Below, one piece after another: positions 19,013 to 28,196 of a DNA stretch of 64,000 bases. Within the stretch, counting starts at the first letter, position 1, and the number at the start of each line of letters is the position of its first letter. Location: contig CAWHAA010000004.1 in assembly GCA_963827275.1 (NCBI GenBank), forward strand, positions 1 to 64,000, read 5' to 3'. Source of the stretch: an uncultured Spirochaetota bacterium (GTDB taxonomy: Bacteria > Spirochaetota > UBA4802 > UBA5550). Under the pieces are notes generated by a model. The model had not been told where the DNA came from. It was given only the letters and a program-made list of their open reading frames with translations, and did not search any database. Position numbers and translations under genes: made by a program.

Positions 19013-19525
19013 ATGAAGACACCATTAACAGTCCGTGCCGTAATGATGATAACACTCTGCGCGCTGTTCTGCGCCGCCGCGTCCGCGAAGCCCGGGGACC
19101 GGGTCCTTGTCCTCGGCTTTGAGTCGGCGCAGCTCAACGACCTGCAGGACCGCCTCCTTCGGGAGACCGTGATGCGCCGCCTGCACACCGAAGGGTACAG
19201 GATCGTCCCGGTCATGGAGATCGAGTCCGCCTTCAATGAAGAGAGGAAGGGCCGGATACGCATGCTGTTGCGGAGCGAGATCCGCGCGGTCTGCGACGAG
19301 ATGAACGCGGGGTTTGCCCTTTCCGGCGCTGTCAGGCCGGAAGACGGCAGCCGCGGCGGCGAAATCGTGCCGGGGAAAAATTACGTGTGCTCGATGGTCC
19401 TCTACCGCAGGGACGGGAACAGGTTCATGGAATTCAGGCTCGCCGCCGCCGGCGGGAAGACCCTCTATGAATTTTACGACTCGCTGGCGGCGCTCATCGC
19501 CAGGGGGATCGGGGACCTGCTCTGA
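19013..19525 (+). CDS. Secreted hypothetical protein (TolB-N/CsgG-like alpha/beta domain)
   Basis: Signal peptide ending ASA-K; RVLVLGF..YRIVP..FALSGAV pattern. Confidence 0.6.
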   Translation: MKTPLTVRAVMMITLCALFCAAASAKPGDRVLVLGFESAQLNDLQDRLLRETVMRRLHTEGYRIVPVMEIESAFNEERKGRIRMLLRSEIRAVCDEMNAGFALSGAVRPEDGSRGGEIVPGKNYVCSMVLYRRDGNRFMEFRLAAAGGKTLYEFYDSLAALIARGIGDLL

Positions 19526-19544
19526 TGCCGGCGCCCGCCGGGGG

Positions 19545-19706
19545 CTACTTGTCCAGCACGAACTTGTTTAACAGGAACTCCGCCTGTTTCGGGTCCAGGT
19601 CGAATTTCCTGCACGCCTCGTCTATGAGCGCGGCCTTGTTGGCGTTGGGGTCCGCGTTCAATTCCCCGCTTATAAACCGTATTGCGTTTTCCATTGATGT
19701 GTCCAT
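19545..19706 (-). CDS. 53-aa small protein missing from the ORF track
   Basis: GGAGG ribosome-binding site; MDTSMENAIRFISGELNADPNANKAALIDEACRKFDLDPKQAEFLLNKFVLDK; lies directly downstream of the radical SAM gene. Confidence 0.7.
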   Translation of the reverse strand: MDTSMENAIRFISGELNADPNANKAALIDEACRKFDLDPKQAEFLLNKFVLDK

Positions 19707-19727
19707 GCAGTACCTCCGGCTCGTGTG

Positions 19728-20600
19728 TTACAGCGCCCTCATGTGCTCCGGCTTGAGGAGCCGCTCGTCCCGCTTCTCAAGCACCCGCTCTATCAGCCCG
19801 ATGATCTCCTTCTTCTGGCCGGGCAGCGTCGCGCGGAGAGGAAGGTAATTGGACGCGTGATTGGAGGTGAAGAGGCACTGGTTTTTCACCTCCATGTTTT
19901 CGATGATGATCTTCAATTCTTCCAGCAGGCCGAACTTGTCGGGGAGCCTGAACGCGCCCGACTGCCAGTCGCGGTACAGCTCGGTGTTGGGCAGGAGCAT
20001 GACCGTCAGGGCCGAGGCGAAATCGGGCGACATCTCGCCCAGGAGCCTCCCGGTGTCCGTTGCGTGCTCGCGGCTCATCTCGACGCCGCCGATCCCCAGG
20101 AGCACCGTCTGCGACAGGAGAATGCCCGATTCCTTTACCTTGGCGGCGGCCTCGGTCATTTTGTGCGGAAAGGCGCCCTTCTTGATGCGGCGCAGCACCT
20201 CTTTGTTCCCGGATTCTATCCCCTGGTACAGGATCCCGATGCCGGCGTCCTTCAGTTCTTTCAGTTCGCCGGGGGACTTCTTCAGTATCGCCTTGGTGTT
20301 GGCATACACGCCGATCCGCTTTACCCCGCGGCATGTTGTGCGGATATAGCCGATTATCTCGAGCAGGGTGGCGGTGGGGAGGATGAGCACGTCGCCGTCC
20401 GCCAGGAAGACCTTGTCAAACCGGTAGCGGGACGCTTCATCGATGTCCCGCTTGATCGTGTCCATGTCCTTTACCCGGAACTTCTGTCCCTTGTAGGTGC
20501 CGCAGAAGGTGCACATATTGTGCGAACATCCCACGGTGACCTGGATGATCATGCTGTAGGCCTCGCTCGGAGGCCGGATAACGTAGCCGACGTAGTCCAT
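19728..20600 (-). CDS. Radical SAM protein (RPPSEA-type Fe-S oxidoreductase)
   Basis: IRPPSEAYS, CSHNMCTFC (CX4CX2C), FLADGD, YQGIESG, SNHASNYL. Confidence 0.88.
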   Translation of the reverse strand: MDYVGYVIRPPSEAYSMIIQVTVGCSHNMCTFCGTYKGQKFRVKDMDTIKRDIDEASRYRFDKVFLADGDVLILPTATLLEIIGYIRTTCRGVKRIGVYANTKAILKKSPGELKELKDAGIGILYQGIESGNKEVLRRIKKGAFPHKMTEAAAKVKESGILLSQTVLLGIGGVEMSREHATDTGRLLGEMSPDFASALTVMLLPNTELYRDWQSGAFRLPDKFGLLEELKIIIENMEVKNQCLFTSNHASNYLPLRATLPGQKKEIIGLIERVLEKRDERLLKPEHMRAL

Positions 20601-20922
20601 GATATATACCTGTTATTGTCCTGCCGTAATCAGTTAGAGCCTCATGCGCTCATATTGTTACCGGTTTTTCCGTCGCGTGCGGCATCGAAACCGGGTGATG
20701 CCGGCGCCCCGGTGAGTAATTTTTCAAAGTGCCGTGCATATGGCAATAATAATTTATTCGTGCGGGTGGATTTCCTTGATTAAGAAATACCTGATGCCAT
20801 GTGCCGATGGTCATCTTCTTGAGAATAAATTTGCAAAAATCGTCCATATTACAAATTCATTTTCTTCTTTTCCTGTTTTTGATGTATACTATATAATAGC
20901 ATATTCAACAGGGAGTGTCCCG

Positions 20923-22308
20923 ATGACACCGAAATCAATAGTATCAAAAATAGAGAAGCTCCGGAAATTTTACAATACCGGCGCGACGCTGGATGTTTCG
21001 TACCGGAAAAAGCAGCTGCAAAAGCTGAAAAAAGCGATCCGGAACAATGAGAATGCCATTATTGAGGCCCTTCACAAGGACCTGAAAAAACCGGCCTTCG
21101 AGTCGTATGCCGGTGAAATCGGCATATTGTACACGGAGATACGGCACGTCATCAGGCGCCTGGGGTCGTGGGCGCGGACACGAAAGGTCGGGACGCCCGT
21201 CATCCATTTTTACTCGACGAGCGCGGTCCATTACGATCCGTACGGCGTGGCCCTCATCATAGGGCCATGGAACTATCCTTTTCAGCTCGTCATCGCGCCG
21301 CTGGTCGCGGCCATCGCCGCCGGCAACTGCGTTGCCATTAAACCTTCGGAGCTGGCGCCGGCCACCTCGCGCCTCTTGGCGGCAATGATCCGTGACACAT
21401 TTGACGAGGGCTTCGTCACGGTGATCGAGGGCGGCGTGGAGGAGACCGGCATCATGCTGAAGGAGAAGTTTGATTACATCTTCTATACCGGCGGCACCGC
21501 GGTGGGGAAAATCATCATGCGCGCCGCGGCGGAGCAGCTCACCCCGGTGACCCTGGAGCTGGGCGGCAAGAGCCCGGTGATCGTCGATGAGGATGCGCAC
21601 CTCCCGACCGCGGCACGCCGCCTCTGCTGGGGCAAGTTTTTCAACGCCGGCCAGACCTGTCTGGCCCCCGATTACCTGCTGGTGCACAAAAAAATAAAAT
21701 CAGCCTTTATCGATGAGATTACGAAGACCATCAGGGAATTTTACGGTGACGATCCCCGCACGAGCGGAGATTACGCGCGGATAATTAATGAAAAGCACTT
21801 TGACCGGATCACCGCTCTCCTCGCGGGTGCAAGGGTCATCCATGGCGGCCAGAGCGCGCGGAAAGAGCGGTATATAGCACCGACGCTGGTTGACAACGTT
21901 GCCATGAAGGACCCGATCATGCGGGAAGAGATATTCGGGCCCCTCCTGCCCGTCATCTCCTTTAACTCGCTGGATGATGCAATCGGCCTCGTGAATAAGC
22001 TGCCGCGCCCCCTGGCGCTCTATTATTTTTCGAAGGACGCCCGGAAACAGCGGAAGGTCCTGCGGGAGACCTCTTCAGGAGGCGGCTGCATCAATGATAC
22101 CGTCTCCCATGTCGGAAGCCAGGAGCTCCCCTTCGGCGGAATCGGCGACAGCGGCATGGGCCGGTATCACGGCAGGTCCGGTTTCGAGACCTTCTCGCAC
22201 CAGCGGGGCATCCTCACCCGTACCACGGCGTTTGACATGATGCTCCGCTACCCGCCGTACGGGAAGAAAGTAGGGCTGCTGAAATTACTGTTCAGGCTGC
22301 TCGGGTAA
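20923..22308 (+). CDS. Aldehyde dehydrogenase (ALDH3/YwdH-like)
   Basis: PWNYP, KPSE, FYTGG, LELGGKSP, NAGQTCLAPDY, EEIFGP, LPFGGIGDSGMGRYHG, LRYPPY. Confidence 0.93.
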   Translation: MTPKSIVSKIEKLRKFYNTGATLDVSYRKKQLQKLKKAIRNNENAIIEALHKDLKKPAFESYAGEIGILYTEIRHVIRRLGSWARTRKVGTPVIHFYSTSAVHYDPYGVALIIGPWNYPFQLVIAPLVAAIAAGNCVAIKPSELAPATSRLLAAMIRDTFDEGFVTVIEGGVEETGIMLKEKFDYIFYTGGTAVGKIIMRAAAEQLTPVTLELGGKSPVIVDEDAHLPTAARRLCWGKFFNAGQTCLAPDYLLVHKKIKSAFIDEITKTIREFYGDDPRTSGDYARIINEKHFDRITALLAGARVIHGGQSARKERYIAPTLVDNVAMKDPIMREEIFGPLLPVISFNSLDDAIGLVNKLPRPLALYYFSKDARKQRKVLRETSSGGGCINDTVSHVGSQELPFGGIGDSGMGRYHGRSGFETFSHQRGILTRTTAFDMMLRYPPYGKKVGLLKLLFRLLG

Positions 22309-22609
22309 GACCGCACCGACACGCATGTACTGCTCCGGCACCGGAGCCCCTGCGCGGCGCTCATCGTGCTGAACGGGCGATAGGAGATCCGGCGGTAGCG
22401 CCGCCGTGTGCCCCGGGGCGGGGATGGCAGAGATTTTCAGGTTCCGGGAAAAAAATTTGAAACCCCTGCCCACTGTTTTTTTGTCTTGTAAATAGACCCA
22501 TCTGAATATATGTTGCCCCAGTTGCGTCCTTCGTCTTCGTACTGAATGGATTGCACATTCCCGGATCATAATTCCCGGATAATAAACAAAAATAAAGGAA
22601 GTCTCCGTA

Positions 22610-24319
22610 ATGAATAAACCGAAACAGAAGCCCACCTATGACCGGAACACCAGGATACTCCTCACCGGCGTATTCGGTCCCTACGCGCAGAATGACGAAT
22701 ATGGGAGCAGGGTGGACAATCCCATGGAACTCTACAACAACCAGGTAACCCGCGTGCAGGGCCCCTTCAACCTCAGGATGTTCCACAGGACATTCGGCCT
22801 GCTGATGATAGAGGCCAACATCGATGCCCCGACGACCATACTCGAATTTGCCACGCTTGAGCGGTTCATCGACGAGTTGAAGAATACCCCGTATGACGTG
22901 GTGGGCATCAGCTCGATATACACCAATACCGGGAAAGTAAAAAAGATGTGCGAAGAGATACGCAAACACCTTCCCGACGCGGTCATCGTGGTGGGGGGGC
23001 ACATCGCGGCCCGGGAGGATATCCATGACGTGGTTGACACCGACTACGTCTGCAAGGGCGATGGCGTCCGGTGGTTCCGAAAATTCCTGGGACAGGACGA
23101 GGACGCGCCGATACAACACCCGGCGGTCACCTCCTGCTTCGGGACACGGGTCCTCGGCATCACTACAAAGCGAAAGACGGCGGCCACCCTTATCCCCTCC
23201 GTCGGCTGCCCGATGGGGTGTAATTTTTGCTCCACGTCCGCCCTCTTCGGCGGCAAGGGCAAGTCAGTGGTCTTCTTCAGGACGGGCGATGAGCTCTTCA
23301 ACATCCTCTGCCGTCTCGAAAAGGAGGTCGGGGTCGATTCGTTTTTTGTCATGGACGAAAACTTCCTCTTTTACAAGGACCGCGCACTCAGGCTGCTTGA
23401 GCTTATGGAGAAACATGGCAAGAGCTGGGACTTCAACGTGTTCAGCTCCGCGCGGGTGCTTGAATCGTATACGATTGACCAGCTGATCGGCCTGGGCATC
23501 TCCTGGATTTGGCTGGGCATCGAGGGACGCAAGAGCAGTTATACGAAGCTTAACGGAGTGGACACGCACGGGCTGGTAAAAAAACTCCAGTCAAACGGCA
23601 TACGGGTCCTCGGGTCCACCATCATCGGGCTTGACCACCATACGCCAGAAAACATCGACGAGGTCATCGACTTCGGAGTAAGCCACGGGACCGACTTCCA
23701 CCAGTTTATGCTCTACTGGCCCCTTCCCGGCACGCCCCTGTACAGCGACCTTAAAAAGAAAGGCGCGCTCATTCCCGAGGAAGAATGCCCGGCCGGCGAG
23801 ACGCACGGCCAGAGGCGCTTCAACTTCAGGCACGCGCGCATTAAAAACGGCATGGAACGAGAGCTGCTGCTCAGGGCTTTCGAAACGGATTTCAGGGCCA
23901 ACGGGCCAAGCCTTGCCCGGATCATCAGGACCACGCTCACCGGGTGGCAGAAGCATAAAAACCATCCCAACCCGAGGATTGCGGAGCGGTTTAAAGCAAA
24001 CCGGCGGGGCCTTGACAGCGACCTCGCGGGGGTTGTCTGGGCGATGACCAGGTGGTTCAGCGACCCGCGGATGCTCGAACAGCTCAGGGGCCTTCTTGCG
24101 GATCTCTACGCTGAATTCGGTTTCAAAACGCGGATCAAAGCGCCGTTGATGGGGCTCTATATTCTCCACATGATACGAAAAGAGCAGGAGCGGCTCGACC
24201 GGGGCTGGACCTATGAGCCGGAGGAAATATACGAAAAGAACGCCCGCGCTCTTGAGCTGGAGAACAATGGGACGAAAACTATAAGCAACAGGATTGCCGA
24301 GCCCGTGTCAGCGGTATAG
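22610..24319 (+). CDS. Cobalamin-binding domain radical SAM protein
   Basis: N-terminal DVVGISS..IVVGGH..GDG B12-binding-like region; GCPMGCNFC; FVMDENF; PLPGTPLY. Confidence 0.87.
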   Translation: MNKPKQKPTYDRNTRILLTGVFGPYAQNDEYGSRVDNPMELYNNQVTRVQGPFNLRMFHRTFGLLMIEANIDAPTTILEFATLERFIDELKNTPYDVVGISSIYTNTGKVKKMCEEIRKHLPDAVIVVGGHIAAREDIHDVVDTDYVCKGDGVRWFRKFLGQDEDAPIQHPAVTSCFGTRVLGITTKRKTAATLIPSVGCPMGCNFCSTSALFGGKGKSVVFFRTGDELFNILCRLEKEVGVDSFFVMDENFLFYKDRALRLLELMEKHGKSWDFNVFSSARVLESYTIDQLIGLGISWIWLGIEGRKSSYTKLNGVDTHGLVKKLQSNGIRVLGSTIIGLDHHTPENIDEVIDFGVSHGTDFHQFMLYWPLPGTPLYSDLKKKGALIPEEECPAGETHGQRRFNFRHARIKNGMERELLLRAFETDFRANGPSLARIIRTTLTGWQKHKNHPNPRIAERFKANRRGLDSDLAGVVWAMTRWFSDPRMLEQLRGLLADLYAEFGFKTRIKAPLMGLYILHMIRKEQERLDRGWTYEPEEIYEKNARALELENNGTKTISNRIAEPVSAV

Positions 24320-24455
24320 CCAAAGGATAGAAAAAACAGCAATGCCCCTGCCCGGCGTTTTTTTGCCGCAGGGGTTTGTGTGAGAACCGGGGCGGTGCGG
24401 GGACGCTCATCGTGTCCCCCGGCCCGTTCCGGAGATGTTGGAAATTCCCGGATTA

Positions 24456-25100
24456 TTATCTTCCCCGCTCGTCCGGGCCCCATATGATGCGATGAAGCTG
24501 AAGGTTCAGGCGCACGGGAAGGCCGTCCGCCAGGATGCGTTCAGCCAGCTCCCTGAATGGCATGGTGTCCGCGGCGGGTGAAAAATTGATCACGGTCCCG
24601 CGTTTCGCAAGATACTTCGCGATGAAGTCTTTTGAAAACTCATAGTCCGCAACATCGGAGATTACGAATTTGATCTCGTCGCGGTCGGTCAGATATTTCA
24701 GGTTGCGCATTTCGAATGAGTCTGGTTCGCCGCTGGAAGGGGTCTTCACATCGACGATTTTGCGCGCCTGCTCCGGCAGGTCTTTCAATAGAATGCTGCC
24801 GTTGGTCTCGATCTGACAGTTCCACCCGCGGGCGAGTATCTCCTTCACGAGGGGGACGGCGCCCGGCTGAAGAAGCGGCTCGCCGCCGGTAAGGGTCACG
24901 TGGTCGAACGGGACGCGGCGCTCTATTTCGGCCAGTACCGCTTCAATCTCCATGGGTGTGCCGTTTTCCCGGGCGTAGCGGGTGTCGCAGTAGGCGCAGT
25001 CAAGGTTGCACCCGGTGAGACGGACGAAGACCGAGGGGAACCCCGCGGTGACGGTTTCGCCCTGGATGGAGCGGAATATCTCGTTGACCGTGATTGTCAT
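24456..25100 (-). CDS. queE: 7-carboxy-7-deazaguanine synthase (radical SAM)
   Basis: EIFRSIQGE, FVRLTGCNLDCAYCDT, TGGEPLLQ, IETNGS, DVKTPSSG, NLQLH. Confidence 0.88.
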   Translation of the reverse strand: MTITVNEIFRSIQGETVTAGFPSVFVRLTGCNLDCAYCDTRYARENGTPMEIEAVLAEIERRVPFDHVTLTGGEPLLQPGAVPLVKEILARGWNCQIETNGSILLKDLPEQARKIVDVKTPSSGEPDSFEMRNLKYLTDRDEIKFVISDVADYEFSKDFIAKYLAKRGTVINFSPAADTMPFRELAERILADGLPVRLNLQLHRIIWGPDERGR

Positions 25101-25320
25101 GCCGCAAGTGTACCATATAATAAAAATAAGTCAACGGTCATTTTAATGCAACTCCCCGCCTGCGGTAAAAACTGTTGATATTCATCAAAAGGTGCTGCAA
25201 TTTGTCGCTTGAATAATATTTTGAATCAGCGTATATTGGTAACACCGGCGGCAGTCGCGCTGTCGTACCATATCCGCGTACCGGCCGGGTCAGAACTATT
25301 GCCAGGGAGAGTGAGCGCAT

Positions 25321-26463
25321 ATGTCATGCTTTGAAACGGGCCCGATACGGCCCCCGAGCGAGGCGCAGAGCATTCTGCTGCGGCTAACCCGCAACTGCCA
25401 CTGGAACAAGTGCGCCTTCTGCCCCGTGTACAAGAACACGCAATTTTCCATGCGCACGCCTGATGAAATAAAAAAAGACATCGAGACGATCGCCGCCATT
25501 GCCGGTTCCATATACCGGGAGCTTGACCGCCAGTACCCGGACCGCGCGGACAACTCCGCGGTGGTGCGCGTCATCAGGGACATGGACTTCGGGCACGGCG
25601 TCGAGGACGGGTGCGCGCGCCAGGTGGCCTTCTGGATATACCACGGCATGAAGAGCATCTTTTTACAGGACGCCGACGCGCTGGTGCTCAAGACCGCCGA
25701 GCTGGTCGAGATACTCGGGCTGGCCAGGCAGAAATTCCCGACCGTTGAAAGGATCACCACGTATTCGCGCGCCCGGACCATCAGCCGGAAGCCCCTTGAG
25801 GAACTGAAGGCGATCAGGCAGGCGGGGCTGGACAGGATCCATATCGGGATGGAATCAGGATCGGACGCCGTGCTTGACATGATCAACAAGGGCGTGACAC
25901 AGGAGGAGCAGATCGCGGCGGGGAAGAACGCGATCGCGGCCGGCTTCGAGCTGTCCGAGTATTTCATGCCCGGCGTGGGCGGGGCTGAATATACAACGGA
26001 GAACGCGGTGGAATCGGCAAAGGTCATGAACGCCGTCAACCCGACGTTTATCCGGATACGCAGCACCATTCCCGCGCCCGGCACCCCCCTGTACGGCATG
26101 ATGGCGGAAGGAAGGTGGCGGCCGCTGACCGAGCAGGAAAAGGTCGGGGAACTCCGCCTTTTTTTAGAGAAGCTTGACGGGATCACCAGCAGGGTGCGGA
26201 GCGATCATATCATGAACCTGCTTGAGGACATAGAGGGGGCGCTGCCCGGCGACAGGGAACGGATGCTCGGGACGATTGACCGCTTCCTGGGAATGGACCG
26301 TGACGAGCAGGAGACCTTCATCGTGGGGAGGCGGATCGGGCGCTACCGCACCCTGTCCGACTATGCCCCTTCAGCCGAGGTGGAGGCGATAAAGCGCGAG
26401 ATCAAAAACAGATTTGGTTCGCTTGAGGTCGGCTTGCAGGAGATCCTGTCAAACTTCATATAA
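25321..26463 (+). CDS. Radical SAM protein (RPPSEA-type), paralog of 19728..20600
   Basis: GPIRPPSEAQS, CHWNKCAFC, FLQDAD, HIGMESGSD, SDHIMNLL. Confidence 0.87.
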   Translation: MSCFETGPIRPPSEAQSILLRLTRNCHWNKCAFCPVYKNTQFSMRTPDEIKKDIETIAAIAGSIYRELDRQYPDRADNSAVVRVIRDMDFGHGVEDGCARQVAFWIYHGMKSIFLQDADALVLKTAELVEILGLARQKFPTVERITTYSRARTISRKPLEELKAIRQAGLDRIHIGMESGSDAVLDMINKGVTQEEQIAAGKNAIAAGFELSEYFMPGVGGAEYTTENAVESAKVMNAVNPTFIRIRSTIPAPGTPLYGMMAEGRWRPLTEQEKVGELRLFLEKLDGITSRVRSDHIMNLLEDIEGALPGDRERMLGTIDRFLGMDRDEQETFIVGRRIGRYRTLSDYAPSAEVEAIKREIKNRFGSLEVGLQEILSNFI

Positions 26464-26601
26464 GTCCGCGCATGAAATTAATTTGTCCTTGCGGTATTTG
26501 CTCTTGACATTTCCGGCGCTGCATGTATAGTTTTTTCTGCAGAGAGCATGCTCTGCCGTCACGCGGACAGCAGCGCGGCCGCGGGACATATCCGGGACAT
26601 T

Positions 26602-26940
26602 ATGAAAATAAACAGCTCTGTTGACGGTACCATAGTAACGCTCGAGATTGAAGGCTCCCTTTCATCGGAAGCGAAATTAATGTTCGATAACGCACTCGAC
26701 GGGTTTATCGATACGCCGGTCCACTGCATCCTCGACCTGACGAACGTGACATTCATAGACAGCACGGCGATAGGATCGATCGTTAAATACTATTCCATCT
26801 TCCGGAGCCGCGGCAGGCACCTTCTCATTGCCGGAATCAACAAGCAGATATACGAAGTGTTCAACCTCACCGGGATCAACAGGCAGATCACCATATTCGA
26901 TTCACCACGGCATGCCAGGAATTTTATACTCGGCTCATGA
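26602..26940 (+). CDS. STAS domain anti-sigma factor antagonist
   Basis: ILDLTNVTFIDSTAIG phosphoacceptor motif; VFNLTG. Confidence 0.9.
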   Translation: MKINSSVDGTIVTLEIEGSLSSEAKLMFDNALDGFIDTPVHCILDLTNVTFIDSTAIGSIVKYYSIFRSRGRHLLIAGINKQIYEVFNLTGINRQITIFDSPRHARNFILGS

Positions 26941-26970
26941 CCGGCCGGCCCGTAAACGGAGTGACCTTTA

Positions 26971-27507
26971 ATGTATATCATTGCGTGCCTCGGGAACCCC
27001 GGCAAGAAATACGCGAAGAACCGGCATAATATAGGATTCCTGCTTGGCGATTACGTAGCCGGGCTCTTCGGCATCACGCTCGGCTCCTCTTCTTTTAATG
27101 CCCTGTCCGGGAAGGGGCCCGTGAGGGACCGCGAGGCGCTGATCCTCCTGCCGCTCTCTTACATGAATGAAAGCGGCGGGCCGGTGCGGAGGGCCATGGA
27201 CTTCTACAAGGTGCCGCCGGAGCGGCTGGTGGTGATACATGATGAGATTGAGCTCCCCTTCGGGGAGTTCCGGAAAAAATTCGGCGGCGGGCATAAAGGC
27301 CACAACGGCATACGCTCCATCATGCAGGAGACCGGGACGCCCGATTTCCACCGGATCCGCTTCGGCGTGGGCCGGCCGGACAACCCCGTGATCGGCGTGG
27401 CCGATTATGTGCTGTCCAACTTCACCGGGGAGGAACTGGCCCGGATCAGGGAGCTCGCGCCGTCGGTGGTGGAGATGCTCCTCTCCGTCATGACTGCTGA
27501 AGGGTAG
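26971..27507 (+). CDS. pth: Peptidyl-tRNA hydrolase
   Basis: LGNPGKKYAKNRHNIGF, YMNESG, HDE, GHNGIRSI, RIRFGVGRP, YVL. Confidence 0.96.
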   Translation: MYIIACLGNPGKKYAKNRHNIGFLLGDYVAGLFGITLGSSSFNALSGKGPVRDREALILLPLSYMNESGGPVRRAMDFYKVPPERLVVIHDEIELPFGEFRKKFGGGHKGHNGIRSIMQETGTPDFHRIRFGVGRPDNPVIGVADYVLSNFTGEELARIRELAPSVVEMLLSVMTAEG

Positions 27508-27643
27508 CACGTAGGGGGGGCCCTCCGTGTCAGCGCCCGCCGGCATGGCGATAGTTCCCGCCCTTTCATGGTGTGCCGTCCCCGCGCCGTGACTATCGAC
27601 AGACGATAGCTGTCAATGATCCCGTTCTAACAAGGAGGCTCGT

Positions 27644-28192
27644 ATGCGCGTTATTGTCCCCCTGGCTGAAGGGTATGAGGAGATTGAGGCCGTTACCATC
27701 GTAGATGTGCTCCGCCGCGCGGGCATCGCCGTTGACACGGCATATCTTGAAAAAAACCTTGTTACGGGCTCACATTCGATCACCGTAACGGCCGATAAGA
27801 ATATTGAGGGGATTCGGGCCGCCCACTATGACGCCATCGCCCTTCCCGGCGGTATGCCGGGGAGCGCGAACCTCAGGGACGACCGGCGGGTCCTGGGGCT
27901 GGTACGCGAGCTGGCAGGGGCGGGAAAGCTGACCGCCGCCCTGTGCGCCGCGCCGATCGTGCTTGGTTCGGCGGGCGTCCTTGACGGGAAGCGGGCGACC
28001 TGCTACCCGGGGTTCGAGGCGCAGCTGAACGGCGCCGTGTACGTGCCTGAACCGGTGGTCCGCGACGGGACCGTCATCACCGGGAGGGGCCCGGGGTGCG
28101 CAATCCCCTTCGCCCTGGAACTGGTGGCGGCGCTCGCGGGAACGAATGCCGCGGCGGCGCTCGGGGAGAACATGCAGGTATACTGGATGTGA
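27644..28192 (+). CDS. DJ-1/PfpI family protein (YajL/ThiJ-like)
   Basis: GYEEIEA..DVLRRAGI, LPGGMPGS, AALCAAP, ATCYPG, ITGRGPG. Confidence 0.92.
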   Translation: MRVIVPLAEGYEEIEAVTIVDVLRRAGIAVDTAYLEKNLVTGSHSITVTADKNIEGIRAAHYDAIALPGGMPGSANLRDDRRVLGLVRELAGAGKLTAALCAAPIVLGSAGVLDGKRATCYPGFEAQLNGAVYVPEPVVRDGTVITGRGPGCAIPFALELVAALAGTNAAAALGENMQVYWM

Positions 28193-28196
28193 CGGG

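Noticed and set aside
19545..20600. 53-aa ORF as a RiPP precursor for the radical SAM enzyme
   Set aside because: The enzyme has no SPASM/Twitch or RRE region, the peptide looks like a folded helical protein, and no protease or transporter is adjacent.
22309..22609. Cobalamin riboswitch upstream of the B12 radical SAM gene
   Set aside because: No AGGGAA...GGTG..AATCC core or B12 box found.
27547..27620. Fluoride riboswitch-like GGCGAT..CGCC stem upstream of the DJ-1 gene
   Set aside because: The conserved pseudoknot and the downstream GCTGATGAC-type segment are missing.
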